Origin: Deltaproteobacteria bacterium
GTDB taxonomy: Bacteria > UBA10199 > JACPAL01
Direction of reading: 5' to 3'
Assembly: GCA_016180855.1 (NCBI GenBank)
Contig: JACPAL010000002.1
Location: 245,788-309,787 of the forward strand
DNA length: 64,000 nucleotides
The notes under the pieces were generated by a model. The model saw nothing but the letters and a program-made list of their open reading frames with translations. It ran no database searches and was not told where the DNA came from. Below are positions 1 through 8,847 of this stretch, in pieces. Each line of letters opens with the position of its first letter. Within the stretch, counting starts at the first letter, position 1. The translations under genes and the position numbers were made by a program.

Positions 1-531
1 TTGAATGGACAGCAGAACAGACCAACCGCCTCTGTCATTGTCCGGATCCGTTCCGAGAGTGATTCCAGTGATATGACAGAGGGGAAAATCCAGCGATTTG
101 TGGCGAATGCGGTTCCATCGCTCAATCCCAATGATGTGACCGTCATTATCTCAAGGGGGGGAGGGCCCAGGACGACCTCCGGCACCCTTTTTCCATCGAC
201 CGGTGGTTCCTCTCTTCCAACAACCGATTCGCAGGCCTCCACCCGGCGTGCGGAAAAGAGCGGCCCTCATGTGGAACTCCTGGGAATCAAGATTCAGGAA
301 GGGTCTGTCGGCAGGATGAGGATTATTTTTATATTTTTGCTCCTGGTCCTGGTCGTCTTGTCGGCAGCCCTTCTCGTCAGTATTGTCCGTTTCAATAAAA
401 TGAAGCTGAGGGTTCAGAAGGGAATGCCTGTGGAGGCGGTCCCTATGGGAGCGGGGCAGCAATTTTTGGGGGGTGGGGAGGCAGCAGGAGGGGGGGCAGA
501 AGGGACATTTGATATAGGAAGAAAGGGTTAA
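1..531 (+). CDS. SctJ/FliF-family inner-membrane ring protein, C-terminal part; the 5' end lies outside the window
   Basis: Ring-building-motif-like segment (VIVRIRSE...NPNDVTVIISRG) is followed by a disordered linker, one C-terminal TM helix (IIFIFLLLVLVVLSAALLVSIV) and a short Gly-rich tail. The tail lacks the FliF C-terminal FliG-binding motif, so the architecture fits SctJ better than FliF. Confidence 0.5.
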   Translation: MNGQQNRPTASVIVRIRSESDSSDMTEGKIQRFVANAVPSLNPNDVTVIISRGGGPRTTSGTLFPSTGGSSLPTTDSQASTRRAEKSGPHVELLGIKIQEGSVGRMRIIFIFLLLVLVVLSAALLVSIVRFNKMKLRVQKGMPVEAVPMGAGQQFLGGGEAAGGGAEGTFDIGRKG

Positions 532-587
532 GGAGGGGCAACTTGAGGGGGTGTTTGCCACGATACTTAGGGTGAAGGGTTAGTTTT

Positions 588-986
588 ATGAATCAGATTC
601 GTATAGATGCCAATCGGGTTAAATTTGAGGCGCGAAACAACCCTCCACCGGAGGTTGCAGAAAAAGGCTCTAAATTCTGGAGGTTTATGCGTGGATTCAG
701 CGCCTTGGCAGCCCCGGTTGGATTTGCCTCGTCCGCATTTTTTCCCCCAGCAGCGCTCATTGGGGCCTCAGCCTACGGTCTGGGTCAGTTTGGCAGTTAT
801 AAAGATTCAACCAAAAAGGCGGAACATGAGGTGCCTTATGCCCCTTACTATCCCGGCCTGAACACCCCTGCCGGTGGGCCGGTCTCGGCCCCGATGCCAC
901 TTGCGATTGATCCGGTGCAGGATCCAATCAATATTATCGTAAACCGGCAAGAGGTCGCCAACGATATGATCGGGAGGATCAGATGA
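588..986 (+). CDS. hypothetical protein (132 aa) with one hydrophobic segment
   Basis: ORF is co-oriented and tightly packed inside the T3S cluster; no recognisable motif. Confidence 0.3.
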   Translation: MNQIRIDANRVKFEARNNPPPEVAEKGSKFWRFMRGFSALAAPVGFASSAFFPPAALIGASAYGLGQFGSYKDSTKKAEHEVPYAPYYPGLNTPAGGPVSAPMPLAIDPVQDPINIIVNRQEVANDMIGRIR

Positions 987-1345
987 TACGACGAACAGGT
1001 GATACAACCCCGCCTCTGACGGTTGTTGGAGGGAACCAGACGGCTCCTGGTGCAGGGAGCGGCGGTCCACCTCCTGCGACCAATGATGAAAGCCGGGTTG
1101 TCATTGATTCAAGCAGACCGGATATCAGCTTGGGACAGGTGGTTGGTGGGTTGCAGATTCAGGGTCAGGCACTGGAGAGAACACTTTATTATGTTCGGCA
1201 GATGATACCGTCTGAGACGATGAGAGACAGTTTCTGGGATATGCTTTTGAACGATCCGGGGATTGCGGGTAGTGACGTAAAGCACCGTGTTGCTCGTGAC
1301 CTGGCAATGGCGGATCATGAAAAAAAGGGGAATCCAACAGGTTAG
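983..1345 (+). CDS. hypothetical protein (120 aa)
   Basis: ORF overlaps the previous stop by 4 nt, consistent with an operon; no recognisable motif. Confidence 0.3.
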   Translation: MIRRTGDTTPPLTVVGGNQTAPGAGSGGPPPATNDESRVVIDSSRPDISLGQVVGGLQIQGQALERTLYYVRQMIPSETMRDSFWDMLLNDPGIAGSDVKHRVARDLAMADHEKKGNPTG

Positions 1346-1478
1346 CTGACTGCGGTCTCCCACCCTTCAAGGTGGCGACTCAAAACCGCAAGATTTCCCT
1401 CCTTGAAACAGATCTGAAACAAGGCCAATTTAACCATTTGAAAATAAAGTAGTTATTGTCTAGCCTCTTTGGCTCTAT

Positions 1479-1494
1479 TGGCACGAGAACTGCA
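1479..1494 (+). promoter_or_regulatory. candidate sigma-54 (-24/-12) promoter TGGCACG-N4-CTGCA
   Basis: TGGCACGAGAACTGCA has GG and GC 12 nt apart and matches the YTGGCACGrNNNTTGCW consensus except T to C at the first T of TTGC. It ends 27 nt before the ATG of the sigma factor gene. Confidence 0.5.
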
Positions 1495-1520
1495 CACTAA
1501 CGGGGGAGGGGAGGATTACT

Positions 1521-2357
1521 ATGGTCCTGAAGCTGCTCAGCAAAAAGCCAAAGTTGTTTGAATCAAAGCTTGAATCAAAAAAGGAAGAGAAGGGATCGGC
1601 TGGGGCAGGCCACCTCTCCCCAAAAGAACAGAAAGATATCCAGAAGAGAAACAGCCTCGTGGAGCAGTACCTCCCTTATGCCACCTCCATCGCCGGGAAG
1701 GTGATGCAGACGCTCTCTTCGGTTGTCGATTTTGATGATGTCATGTGCAACGCCCGCCTTGGTTTGATTGAAGCGGCCAAAAAATTTGATCCGACCATGA
1801 ACGTCGATTTCAAGACATTCTCTTATTATCGAATCAAGGGGGCGATCTACGACGGCCTTCGCAAGACCGGTTGGATCCCCCGTTCCCTCTACGCCAAGAT
1901 CAAGTTTGAACAGGCGAGTAATGAATATCTGCAATACATGGCTGAAAAGCAGGGGGCGGCGGCCAAGGTTGCGGAACAGGAGATGGGGGAGCTTTATGAT
2001 ACCGTGAATTCACTCGCCTCGATCTACGTTATCTCCCTCGATGCGGCCGAAGACGGACAGGAGATTGAGGATACCAAGAACAAGGATATCGAGCAGTCAG
2101 CGGAATTTCAACAGGTCAAACGACAGATGAAAGAGGCGATCGAGTCGCTCCCGGACAAGGAAAGAAAACTGATCAAGATGTATTATTTTCAGAACAGGAC
2201 GCTGGAGGAGGCGGGGCGCGTATTGAATCTCTCGAAATCCTGGACCTCACGCCTTCACGCGCGTGCGCTCGAAATTTTATTCAAGAAGATACAGACCAAG
2301 ATGAGGACAGGCGTTTTTGAGATGGGGGAGGAACAGCCCAAGAGAGGGGAGGGATAA
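1521..2357 (+). CDS. fliA: FliA/sigma-28 family alternative sigma factor with a roughly 40-aa Lys/Glu-rich N-terminal extension
   Basis: Region 2 aligns with E. coli FliA (LVEQYLPYA...FDDVMCNARLGLIEAAKKFDP...FKTFSYYRIKGAIYDGLRKTGWIPRS versus LWQRYVPLV...DWVPRS). Region 4 HTH matches as well (LPDKERKLIKMYYFQNRTLEEAGRVLNLSKSWTSRLHARAL). A GGAGG RBS is present. Confidence 0.85.
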   Translation: MVLKLLSKKPKLFESKLESKKEEKGSAGAGHLSPKEQKDIQKRNSLVEQYLPYATSIAGKVMQTLSSVVDFDDVMCNARLGLIEAAKKFDPTMNVDFKTFSYYRIKGAIYDGLRKTGWIPRSLYAKIKFEQASNEYLQYMAEKQGAAAKVAEQEMGELYDTVNSLASIYVISLDAAEDGQEIEDTKNKDIEQSAEFQQVKRQMKEAIESLPDKERKLIKMYYFQNRTLEEAGRVLNLSKSWTSRLHARALEILFKKIQTKMRTGVFEMGEEQPKRGEG

Positions 2358-2361
2358 CCGT

Positions 2362-2826
2362 ATGGATCCCGTTATTGCGAAGACATTGACCGAAACAGTC
2401 CGGCCCTCCGGTGAGGGAGCGGCTCCCATCAAGCCCCAAACGGGCCTTGATTTTGACAAACTGCTTCAGGAGCAGATGGGACAGTCGGAGAATACGCAGA
2501 AGATGATTGAAGGGATGTTTGGGACTCAAAGTGAGGGAGGCTCCTCGCTGAAGGTTATGTCGGGAGAGGGCGTGACGGTTGATCCCGACAAGGTGGCGGG
2601 TGCCAAGAGAAGTGATCTTCTGCATGTCTTGAACGACGTCAATCGAAGTGCCCTGCAGATGGACCAGATGATTGAAATGGTGACATCGGGCCAGAAATTC
2701 AACCCCCAGGAGTTGTTGGCGATCCAGGCGGGAGTTTATCAGATCGTTCAGGAAGTTGATTTGACCGGGCAGATTGTGTCGAGTGCGGATCGGGCCCGCA
2801 ACTCGTTATTGAACATACAGATTTAA
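2362..2826 (+). CDS. small T3S-associated protein, possibly SctI/FliE-like inner rod component
   Basis: Start at ATG 2362 sits behind a GGAGG RBS. The C-terminus NPQELLAIQAGVYQIVQ...RARNSLLNIQI resembles C-termini of rod and needle subunits (FliE ends ...RNKLV.AYQEIM.MQV). The call is weak. Confidence 0.3.
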   Translation: MDPVIAKTLTETVRPSGEGAAPIKPQTGLDFDKLLQEQMGQSENTQKMIEGMFGTQSEGGSSLKVMSGEGVTVDPDKVAGAKRSDLLHVLNDVNRSALQMDQMIEMVTSGQKFNPQELLAIQAGVYQIVQEVDLTGQIVSSADRARNSLLNIQI

Positions 2827-2845
2827 GGAGAAGGAGAATCTCAGA

Positions 2846-3841
2846 GTGAAAGACCAGATGAGACAGGAGATGTTGGCGGGAATGGCGTCGGTTCTATCCG
2901 GTGCAGACGGGGAGAAGCTTTTCCGCTTTGCGGCCCCGAAAGAGGAAGAACCATTAAGGCGTCTGTTTCAACGGTATCTCCGGAATCCGGTTGATCGCGA
3001 GGCGCTTCGCCTCAAGCTTGAAAACTGGGAGCGCTTTGGGAAGCGAATGGCGCTCGAGGAGATCCATCCCGGATGGATTTTGGAAAAATTACGTGGAGAG
3101 TCCCCCCGGCTCTTGAGTCTCTTGCCCCATTTTCTCTCTTCGTCCAAGACCGAGGCGCTGCTCCACCAACTTAATTTTGAAGAGCGCCAGTTCATTTCGG
3201 AACCGGCGCGCGACCTCTCACCCGGGCTTCTCGCAGTGGTCCGTTCTTTGATCGAGAAAAAAATTGGAGAGCCCGCTGTCCTCAAGTCGGACGAGCCGTT
3301 CTCTTTCGATCACCTTTCCTGTCTCCGGAGCGGTGATCTTCAGGCCCTCTTCAAGGATCTGGGGCAGGAGGAGTTTTGTCGCGCCTTTGCCCATGTTGAT
3401 GGGCAAATTCAAAGGGCGGTGCTGACCCGGTTTTCATTGGGAGACGTCAGGGAGATTCGGCGTCGGCTCAAGGCGTCTGAATCTGTCACGACAGAAAAAA
3501 GAAGGCAGGCGCAGAGGCACATCCTCTCTCTTTCGTTTGGAGAAGTCTCACCGGACCATCTTTTACGGGATATCGGTTTTTCCGTTTTTGTGCGAGCCGT
3601 CTCATTAGACAAGATCGATTGGGCCGATTCTCTCTGCCAAAAATTATCCGTGACGGATGGCTACGGACTGAAGCGATTGCTCCAGGAGAAGAGGATGAAG
3701 GGGGAAGAGGGGAGCAAGGAATTGTGCGATGAAATTATGGGCCGGCTCTACGTGCTTGCAACGCAGGGGAAGATTCAACGTTATTGGAAGGAAGAGAGGG
3801 AGATCGAGCCGACCGTTTTTTTGCAAGAGGAGAGGATTTAA
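2846..3841 (+). CDS. FliG-like rotor/C-ring protein (331 aa)
   Basis: Length is typical of FliG. EIHPGWILEKLRGESPRLLSLLPHFLSS parallels the FliG EHPQ(I/T)IALIL...L..L. block. FSFDHLSCLRSGDLQALFKDL parallels MFVFEDI..LDDRSIQ.VLREI. GQEEFCRAFAHVDGQIQRAVLTRFS parallels ELALALKGVD..VQEKIFKNMS. The gene sits immediately upstream of the FliH/SctL homologue. Confidence 0.5.
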   Translation: MKDQMRQEMLAGMASVLSGADGEKLFRFAAPKEEEPLRRLFQRYLRNPVDREALRLKLENWERFGKRMALEEIHPGWILEKLRGESPRLLSLLPHFLSSSKTEALLHQLNFEERQFISEPARDLSPGLLAVVRSLIEKKIGEPAVLKSDEPFSFDHLSCLRSGDLQALFKDLGQEEFCRAFAHVDGQIQRAVLTRFSLGDVREIRRRLKASESVTTEKRRQAQRHILSLSFGEVSPDHLLRDIGFSVFVRAVSLDKIDWADSLCQKLSVTDGYGLKRLLQEKRMKGEEGSKELCDEIMGRLYVLATQGKIQRYWKEEREIEPTVFLQEERI

Positions 3842-4477
3842 ATGGCATCCCGAATCATTAAAGGAGAGGGAACGGGAGAGTATTTTGATCCGACCGTTTT
3901 GGAATGGAATTCCGAACGGAAGGTGATTCCCGGAGAATTTTTGACCGCCTCTGAAGAGGCCAGACAGCTGATCCAGAAGGCGAAGGAAGAATCAGCCAGA
4001 ATTTGCAAGCGGGCTGAGGCGGTCCTGGCCGACGCCGTCCGTGAGAAGGAGGAAGAGCGGGAGAGGGGATATCGGGAAGGTTATGAAGAGGGGCAGGCGG
4101 AGTTGGCGGAACGCCTGGTTTCCTTTGAGGCGGAACGTGAAAAGGTGCTGGCCGGCCAGGAGAAAGAGATTGTGGAGATGGTTCTGGAGATTGCCGAGAA
4201 GATTGTGGGGAATCAACTGGAACGCGGAGGGGTCGCCTCGGTTGTTCGCCAGGCGGTTTCCAAGGCGGTTGGAGAGCGGCTTGTTATTCATGTCCATCCC
4301 GATGACCTTCAAATATTGGAAGCGATCAAGGATTTTGGGCCCCTGACACTTCTCGGAGACCCGGCCGTAACACCGGGAGGCTGCCTCATTGAATCGGAGC
4401 TTGGAACGGTGGATGCCCGGCTGGAAATTCAGTGGAAGGCGATTCGGAAGGCGCTTGGGATAGAGGAAGAGAGATGA
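3842..4477 (+). CDS. sctL: SctL/FliH-family stator/ATPase regulator
   Basis: Charged coiled-coil N-terminal half. C-terminal motif GGCLIESELGTVDARLEIQWKAI matches the FliH/SctL C-terminal signature. Its stop overlaps the ATG of the ATPase gene as ATGA. Confidence 0.65.
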   Translation: MASRIIKGEGTGEYFDPTVLEWNSERKVIPGEFLTASEEARQLIQKAKEESARICKRAEAVLADAVREKEEERERGYREGYEEGQAELAERLVSFEAEREKVLAGQEKEIVEMVLEIAEKIVGNQLERGGVASVVRQAVSKAVGERLVIHVHPDDLQILEAIKDFGPLTLLGDPAVTPGGCLIESELGTVDARLEIQWKAIRKALGIEEER

Positions 4478-5790
4478 CAACGATCAATTTATCGAAATAC
4501 AGAAAAAATATCGTTCAGGCGACGACGGTTCAGAACAAGGGGCGTGTGACAGAACTGATTGGTCTCGTTGCGCGTGCCGTTGTTCCAGGGGTCAAGGTCG
4601 GTGAGCTTTGTATGATTCATCCGGGAGGGGAGAAGGAACCGGTTGGTGCGGAGGTGGTTGGATTTCAGGGGAGCGAAGTTCTTTTGATGCCTTTGGGCGA
4701 GCTGGAGGGGATCTCCCCCGGGAGTGAAGTTGTCCCGACGGGCGATTGTCTCAAGGTGAAGGTTGGCCCGAATCTCCTGGGACGAGTCCTCGATGGGCTC
4801 GGAAATCCGATTGATTCCCTTGGGGTTCTGGAATGCGACGAAACTTATCCGGTCCATCGTGAGCCGCCCGATCCGATGAAAAGGGCACGTGTAACGCAGC
4901 CGATCTCTGTTGGTGTGAAGGCAATGGACGGACTGTTGACCGTTGGTGAAGGTCAAAGGCTTGGCATTTTTGCAGCGGCGGGTGTCGGAAAGAGTACCTT
5001 GATGGGGATGATTGCGCGTCACTCGGATGCGGATGTCAACGTGATCGGTTTGGTCGGCGAGAGAGGTCGTGAGGTCCGTGACTTTCTGGAGGTCGACCTC
5101 AAAGAGGATGGGCTTAAAAAGTCGGTGGTCGTTGTTTCCACCTCTGATCAGCCGGCCCTGACCCGTGCCAAGGCGGCTTACGTTACCACGGCGATTGCGG
5201 AATATTTTCGCGATCAGGGGAAGAAGGTCTTTTTAATGATGGATTCGGTGACCCGCTTTGCCCGTGCCCTGCGCGAGATCGGACTCGCAGTCGGCGAACC
5301 ACCGGCCCGTCAAGGTTTTACACCGTCTGTTTTTTCAACACTGCCCCGGTTGCTGGAGAGGACCGGCAATTCAGACAAAGGGTCGATCACCGCCTTTTAT
5401 ACGGTCCTGGTATCGGGGGATGACATGAACGAGCCGGTCGCGGATGAGACGCGGGCGATTCTCGATGGACATATTGTCCTTTCGCGAAATCTTGCGGCGC
5501 GGAATCATTTTCCGGCGATTGATATCTCCGAGAGCATCAGCCGCGTCATGAGCACGATTGTTGACGCCGAGCATCTGGAGGCGAGCCGGAAGTTGCGTGA
5601 GGTCGTCGCCAACTACGAGAAGGAGCGGGATCTGATCCTGATCGGTGCCTATGAGGCCGGGAGCGATCCGCGTGTCGACTACGCGCTCGAAAAGATTGAA
5701 GAGGTAAACAGCTTCTTGAAACAGGGGATCGATGAGAAGATTTCGATTGAGGAGACGACCGATCAAATGAAAGGGATCTTTGGCGCATGA
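4474..5790 (+). CDS. sctN: type III secretion ATPase (SctN/FliI family)
   Basis: Walker A AAAGVGKSTLMGMIA and Walker B KKVFLMMDSVTRFARA are present on an F1/V1-ATPase alpha/beta fold. The most likely start is ATG 4474 (MTTINL); the ORF track begins at 4432. Confidence 0.9.
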   Translation: MTTINLSKYRKNIVQATTVQNKGRVTELIGLVARAVVPGVKVGELCMIHPGGEKEPVGAEVVGFQGSEVLLMPLGELEGISPGSEVVPTGDCLKVKVGPNLLGRVLDGLGNPIDSLGVLECDETYPVHREPPDPMKRARVTQPISVGVKAMDGLLTVGEGQRLGIFAAAGVGKSTLMGMIARHSDADVNVIGLVGERGREVRDFLEVDLKEDGLKKSVVVVSTSDQPALTRAKAAYVTTAIAEYFRDQGKKVFLMMDSVTRFARALREIGLAVGEPPARQGFTPSVFSTLPRLLERTGNSDKGSITAFYTVLVSGDDMNEPVADETRAILDGHIVLSRNLAARNHFPAIDISESISRVMSTIVDAEHLEASRKLREVVANYEKERDLILIGAYEAGSDPRVDYALEKIEEVNSFLKQGIDEKISIEETTDQMKGIFGA

Positions 5791-6305
5791 AACAGCCTCG
5801 CTATCGATTACAGGTGTTGTTGGATCAGAAGGCCCGGTTGAAACAGAAGGCCGAGATCAGGCTGGCACAGACGATTGCGAGACTGGAGGCCGAAAAGAAG
5901 AGACTTCGCCGGTTTGAAGAGGAGAGGGAGGCGATGATTGCCAAGAGAAAAGAGGTCCGGTTGGAGCTTCACCAACGGGTCTCGACCGGCAAGGCACGGA
6001 TCAAGGATGGGAGTTACGGCATTCATTATTTGAAGAGGCTTGAAGAGGAGCAGAAGCAGAAGGAGGCCCAGATTGAGAATCAGAAACGTCTGATCCTCGA
6101 TTGTGAAACGGAGGTCAAGCGGGCACGCAGAGATTATATCAATGCCGTAAAGGAGTTGCGGATCATGGAGAAGCACAAGGAGCTCTGGTGGAAAAAGGCC
6201 CAGCTGGAACTCTTGCGGCACGAGGAGAAGGAGATGGACGAGCTCGGGAATATCATCCACCAGCTCAAAAAAAGTTTTCAGGGAGAGGACGTTCGACGGA
6301 GTTAA
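5787..6305 (+). CDS. sctO: SctO/FliJ-like coiled-coil stalk protein
   Basis: A 172-aa all-heptad charged coiled coil directly follows the ATPase, as fliJ/sctO always does. Confidence 0.5.
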   Translation: MKQPRYRLQVLLDQKARLKQKAEIRLAQTIARLEAEKKRLRRFEEEREAMIAKRKEVRLELHQRVSTGKARIKDGSYGIHYLKRLEEEQKQKEAQIENQKRLILDCETEVKRARRDYINAVKELRIMEKHKELWWKKAQLELLRHEEKEMDELGNIIHQLKKSFQGEDVRRS

Positions 6306-6308
6306 ACG

Positions 6309-7229
6309 ATGACGGACTCGATTAACAATAATAACTATGACGATTCAGTGCCGAGGGGTACGTACCAGATTCGACCCGAGACGCTGAACCGGAGCGGGCG
6401 GTTGATCGTCAGTAATGCGCCGGCTCCCCGCTACTCCAAGGCCTCACCGCAACCGTTTCAACAGGTCATGGATAACCTTCAGGAGAATCGGACCGCGACA
6501 GTCGATCCCTCCTTGCAAAAGACGGAAACAGCGACCCCGGAATTGACGCAAGCCGCGACGACAGAAGCGGCTGTGCCGATGGACCGCTCTGCCCCTCAAT
6601 CTCGGGAGAACGTTCAGCGGCGCTCCCGCGACTGGGAGTCGGATGCGGATGGCAAGAAGTCTCGTACACAAGCGAGCCACAGTGAACGTCCCAAGTCTCA
6701 GGAGGCGGAACAACGCGTTGTCGGCAGAGGCCCCTTGTCCGAAAGGGGACGCGACCAAAAGGGGCAGGGTCAAGGAAAGGAGAATTCCAATTCTTCGCGG
6801 GGGGATCATCTCAAGGCGTTTGTTTTACCGGCCCACCTGAAAGGGTTGGGTAAGGGGAAGATTCAGGAATTGGGGCAAAGCGGTTTTCTGCAGCAATTGA
6901 AACAGACCCAAACGGCCGACTTTTCGAAAAAGGTCCATCAACCAACGGTTTTTTCGAAGGCACTCCTGGATCAGATCGTCCATTACGTCAAACTCCTTTC
7001 AAAGGCGGATGGCGAGAAGGAGATGGATATCTCGCTCCATGAGAAAGTCTTTAAGGGGCTTCGTCTCCGGGTGGCAACGAACCAGTCCAGGATTGAGGCG
7101 ACCTTCCTCACAGAATCTGAATCGGTGCGCGAACTCTTCCTCGCCAGAAAGGGTGAGATTGAGAAGGCGCTGGCGGAAAAAGGGATTGATGTTCGCAAGA
7201 TAGATGTTACAATGATTCAGCGTGGTTAG
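6309..7229 (+). CDS. SctP/FliK-like length-control (T3S4 domain) protein
   Basis: Low-complexity Ser/Thr/Gln/Arg-rich N-terminal two thirds. The C-terminal MDISLHEKVFKGLRLRVATNQSRIEATFLTESESVRELFLARKGEIEKALAEKGIDV fits the FliK/YscP C-terminal T3S4 domain (..L.L.P..LG.V.V.L...G.L.V.F.A......L....L...L). The position between fliJ and fliM homologues also fits. Confidence 0.45.
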   Translation: MTDSINNNNYDDSVPRGTYQIRPETLNRSGRLIVSNAPAPRYSKASPQPFQQVMDNLQENRTATVDPSLQKTETATPELTQAATTEAAVPMDRSAPQSRENVQRRSRDWESDADGKKSRTQASHSERPKSQEAEQRVVGRGPLSERGRDQKGQGQGKENSNSSRGDHLKAFVLPAHLKGLGKGKIQELGQSGFLQQLKQTQTADFSKKVHQPTVFSKALLDQIVHYVKLLSKADGEKEMDISLHEKVFKGLRLRVATNQSRIEATFLTESESVRELFLARKGEIEKALAEKGIDVRKIDVTMIQRG

Positions 7230-8148
7230 ATCCCCCAATATTGTACCGTTTGATTTCGGGAAACTTCCCCACATCGGGGCGGCTGAGGTATCTCTGATCA
7301 ACGCCTTTCATCGTTTTTTCCCGTCTCATGCTACCTCGGATGAGCTGAAACAGTCTGTCCAGGAGTTGCTTCACGAAGAGCTTGGCTCCGACTTTTCATT
7401 TCATGTCGAGAGGGTCGAATCACGGCCGATGGCGCAAGTGTTGGAAGGGCTCCCCCGCCTCGGGATCTTTCTCGTGATAGGACTTCCGCCGAAAGAGGAG
7501 AAGATTGTTGTCGATGTCGATCTCCTGATCGCCCATGCGGTTGTTGATCGTCTCTTAGGGGGGCATGGCGACACCTTGGCACAAACCCGCACCCTTTCAG
7601 AGATTGAAGAGGGGGTCCTTTCCTATCTCATCCTTAAACTGCTCTCCCATTTTTACGACACGATGGGGGCGTCTCCGCGGGTTCATTTTCGTCTGTTTGA
7701 TTTTTGTTCCAACACGAACGAACTTCAACCTTATCTGAAAAGTGGGGAGGCGGTTATCGCCTTGACGCTTCAGGTTCGTTTGGGCAGACAATCGGGCTCA
7801 TTCAAGATGTTGATTCCTTCTTCAATTCTTCTTCAATTCTCCTCTGCCGATGATTTCGGGCTTACAGAGGCCGAAAAGAGAGATCGTTCGGAGCGGATGA
7901 ACGCCTTCGGTTTTTTGCCGGCCTCTTTATGGGTCGAGGGGGGGAGGACGACCGTCAGGACCGGAGAGCTCTCTCGATTGAAAGAGGGGGATTTTGTGCT
8001 CCTCGATGAAGGGGGGGGTGATGCCGTCTCGCTCCGAGTTGGTACGGGAGAACGGCGTTCAGTCCGTGGAAAGATTATCTCCAGGGAACGGAAGCTCCAG
8101 GTGCAACTGGAGGAGATTTTCGATGAACATTTTGTGGGGGGGATATGA
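7222..8148 (+). CDS. sctQ: SctQ/FliM-family C-ring protein
   Basis: GTG start. The FliM/YscQ signature LIAHAVVDRLLGGHG is present and the C-terminal region is SpoA-like. Position fits. Confidence 0.6.
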   Translation: MVRSPNIVPFDFGKLPHIGAAEVSLINAFHRFFPSHATSDELKQSVQELLHEELGSDFSFHVERVESRPMAQVLEGLPRLGIFLVIGLPPKEEKIVVDVDLLIAHAVVDRLLGGHGDTLAQTRTLSEIEEGVLSYLILKLLSHFYDTMGASPRVHFRLFDFCSNTNELQPYLKSGEAVIALTLQVRLGRQSGSFKMLIPSSILLQFSSADDFGLTEAEKRDRSERMNAFGFLPASLWVEGGRTTVRTGELSRLKEGDFVLLDEGGGDAVSLRVGTGERRSVRGKIISRERKLQVQLEEIFDEHFVGGI

Positions 8149-8528
8149 AGGAGAAGGATCCCTATCTTTCCGAATTAGATGCGCTTGATACCGATCATCA
8201 GTTTCCCTCTGATGAAGAGGCAACCGATGTCCAGATGGGTCAGCCGCCGCCATTCTCGGAAGAGGGGGCTGAAGGGCCCATCGAGGAGGCTCCCCATGAA
8301 TCGGTCTCGCTCGCCTCGGATGTTCCGGTACAACTCGTTGTGGTGTTGGGGCGAAAAGAGGTGACGGTCAAGGATCTCGTCGATTTTAAAAAGGGACAGG
8401 TTGTGGAGTTGAACAAGGTTGCGAATGAGGCGGTTGATCTTGTTGCGGGAGGGAAGGTGATTGCAAAAGGGGAGTTGGTTGAGATTGAGGGGAAGTTGGG
8501 GGTTCGGATTCTAAAAATGTTAAAATAA
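8145..8528 (+). CDS. FliN/SctQ-C family (SpoA domain) protein
   Basis: VPVQLVVVLGRKEVTVKDLVDFKKGQVVELNKVANEAVDLVAGGKVIAKGELVEIEGKLGVRI is a classic FliN/YscQ C-terminal SpoA domain, preceded by an acidic N-terminus. Confidence 0.7.
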   Translation: MKEKDPYLSELDALDTDHQFPSDEEATDVQMGQPPPFSEEGAEGPIEEAPHESVSLASDVPVQLVVVLGRKEVTVKDLVDFKKGQVVELNKVANEAVDLVAGGKVIAKGELVEIEGKLGVRILKMLK

Positions 8529-8529
8529 T

Positions 8530-8847
8530 ATGGAAGGCACACCCGATTTTGCCGCGCTTTTTATGAAGATGATCGCGGGGCTCGTTTTGGTGCTCGTGCT
8601 CGCGGTTGTTTTTATCCGCTTTATTCTGCCTCGGACCGGATTGGTGGGAGGGCGCTTCTGGGGAAGGAGGGGGCAGGGGATTGAGGTGAAGGTGTTGGAA
8701 CGTGTCGTTCTGGAACCGAAGAAGAGTCTTTACATCGTCAAACTTTTGGAACGCTATTTTCTGCTAGGCTCGGCAGAGCAATCGTTGAATCTGATTACAG
8801 AGCTGTCAAAAAATGAGGGGGAACAGCTTGAAGGCAAAAATAAATAA
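8530..8847 (+). CDS. FliO-like small membrane protein
   Basis: One N-terminal TM helix is followed by IEVKVLERVVLEPKKSLYIVKLLERYFLLGSAEQSLNLI, which matches the FliO core (..ev....lg.k.sl.lV.v.g..lLLGv....i.ll). It lies immediately 5' of fliP/sctR, as fliO does. Confidence 0.5.
   Translation: MEGTPDFAALFMKMIAGLVLVLVLAVVFIRFILPRTGLVGGRFWGRRGQGIEVKVLERVVLEPKKSLYIVKLLERYFLLGSAEQSLNLITELSKNEGEQLEGKNK

Noticed and set aside
151-6260. Numerous antisense or alternative-frame ORFs (e.g. 151..561 -, 1575..1934 -, 4489..5022 -, 5808..6260 -) and similar ones throughout the window
   Set aside because: Each is fully embedded in a motif-supported gene on the other strand or frame, and their translations are low-complexity, typical of GC-rich shadow ORFs.
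7571-7586. TGGCAC-N5-CGCA sigma-54-like match
   Set aside because: The GC of the -12 element is displaced by 1 nt relative to GG, and the site lies inside the sctQ/fliM-like coding region with no downstream gene start.
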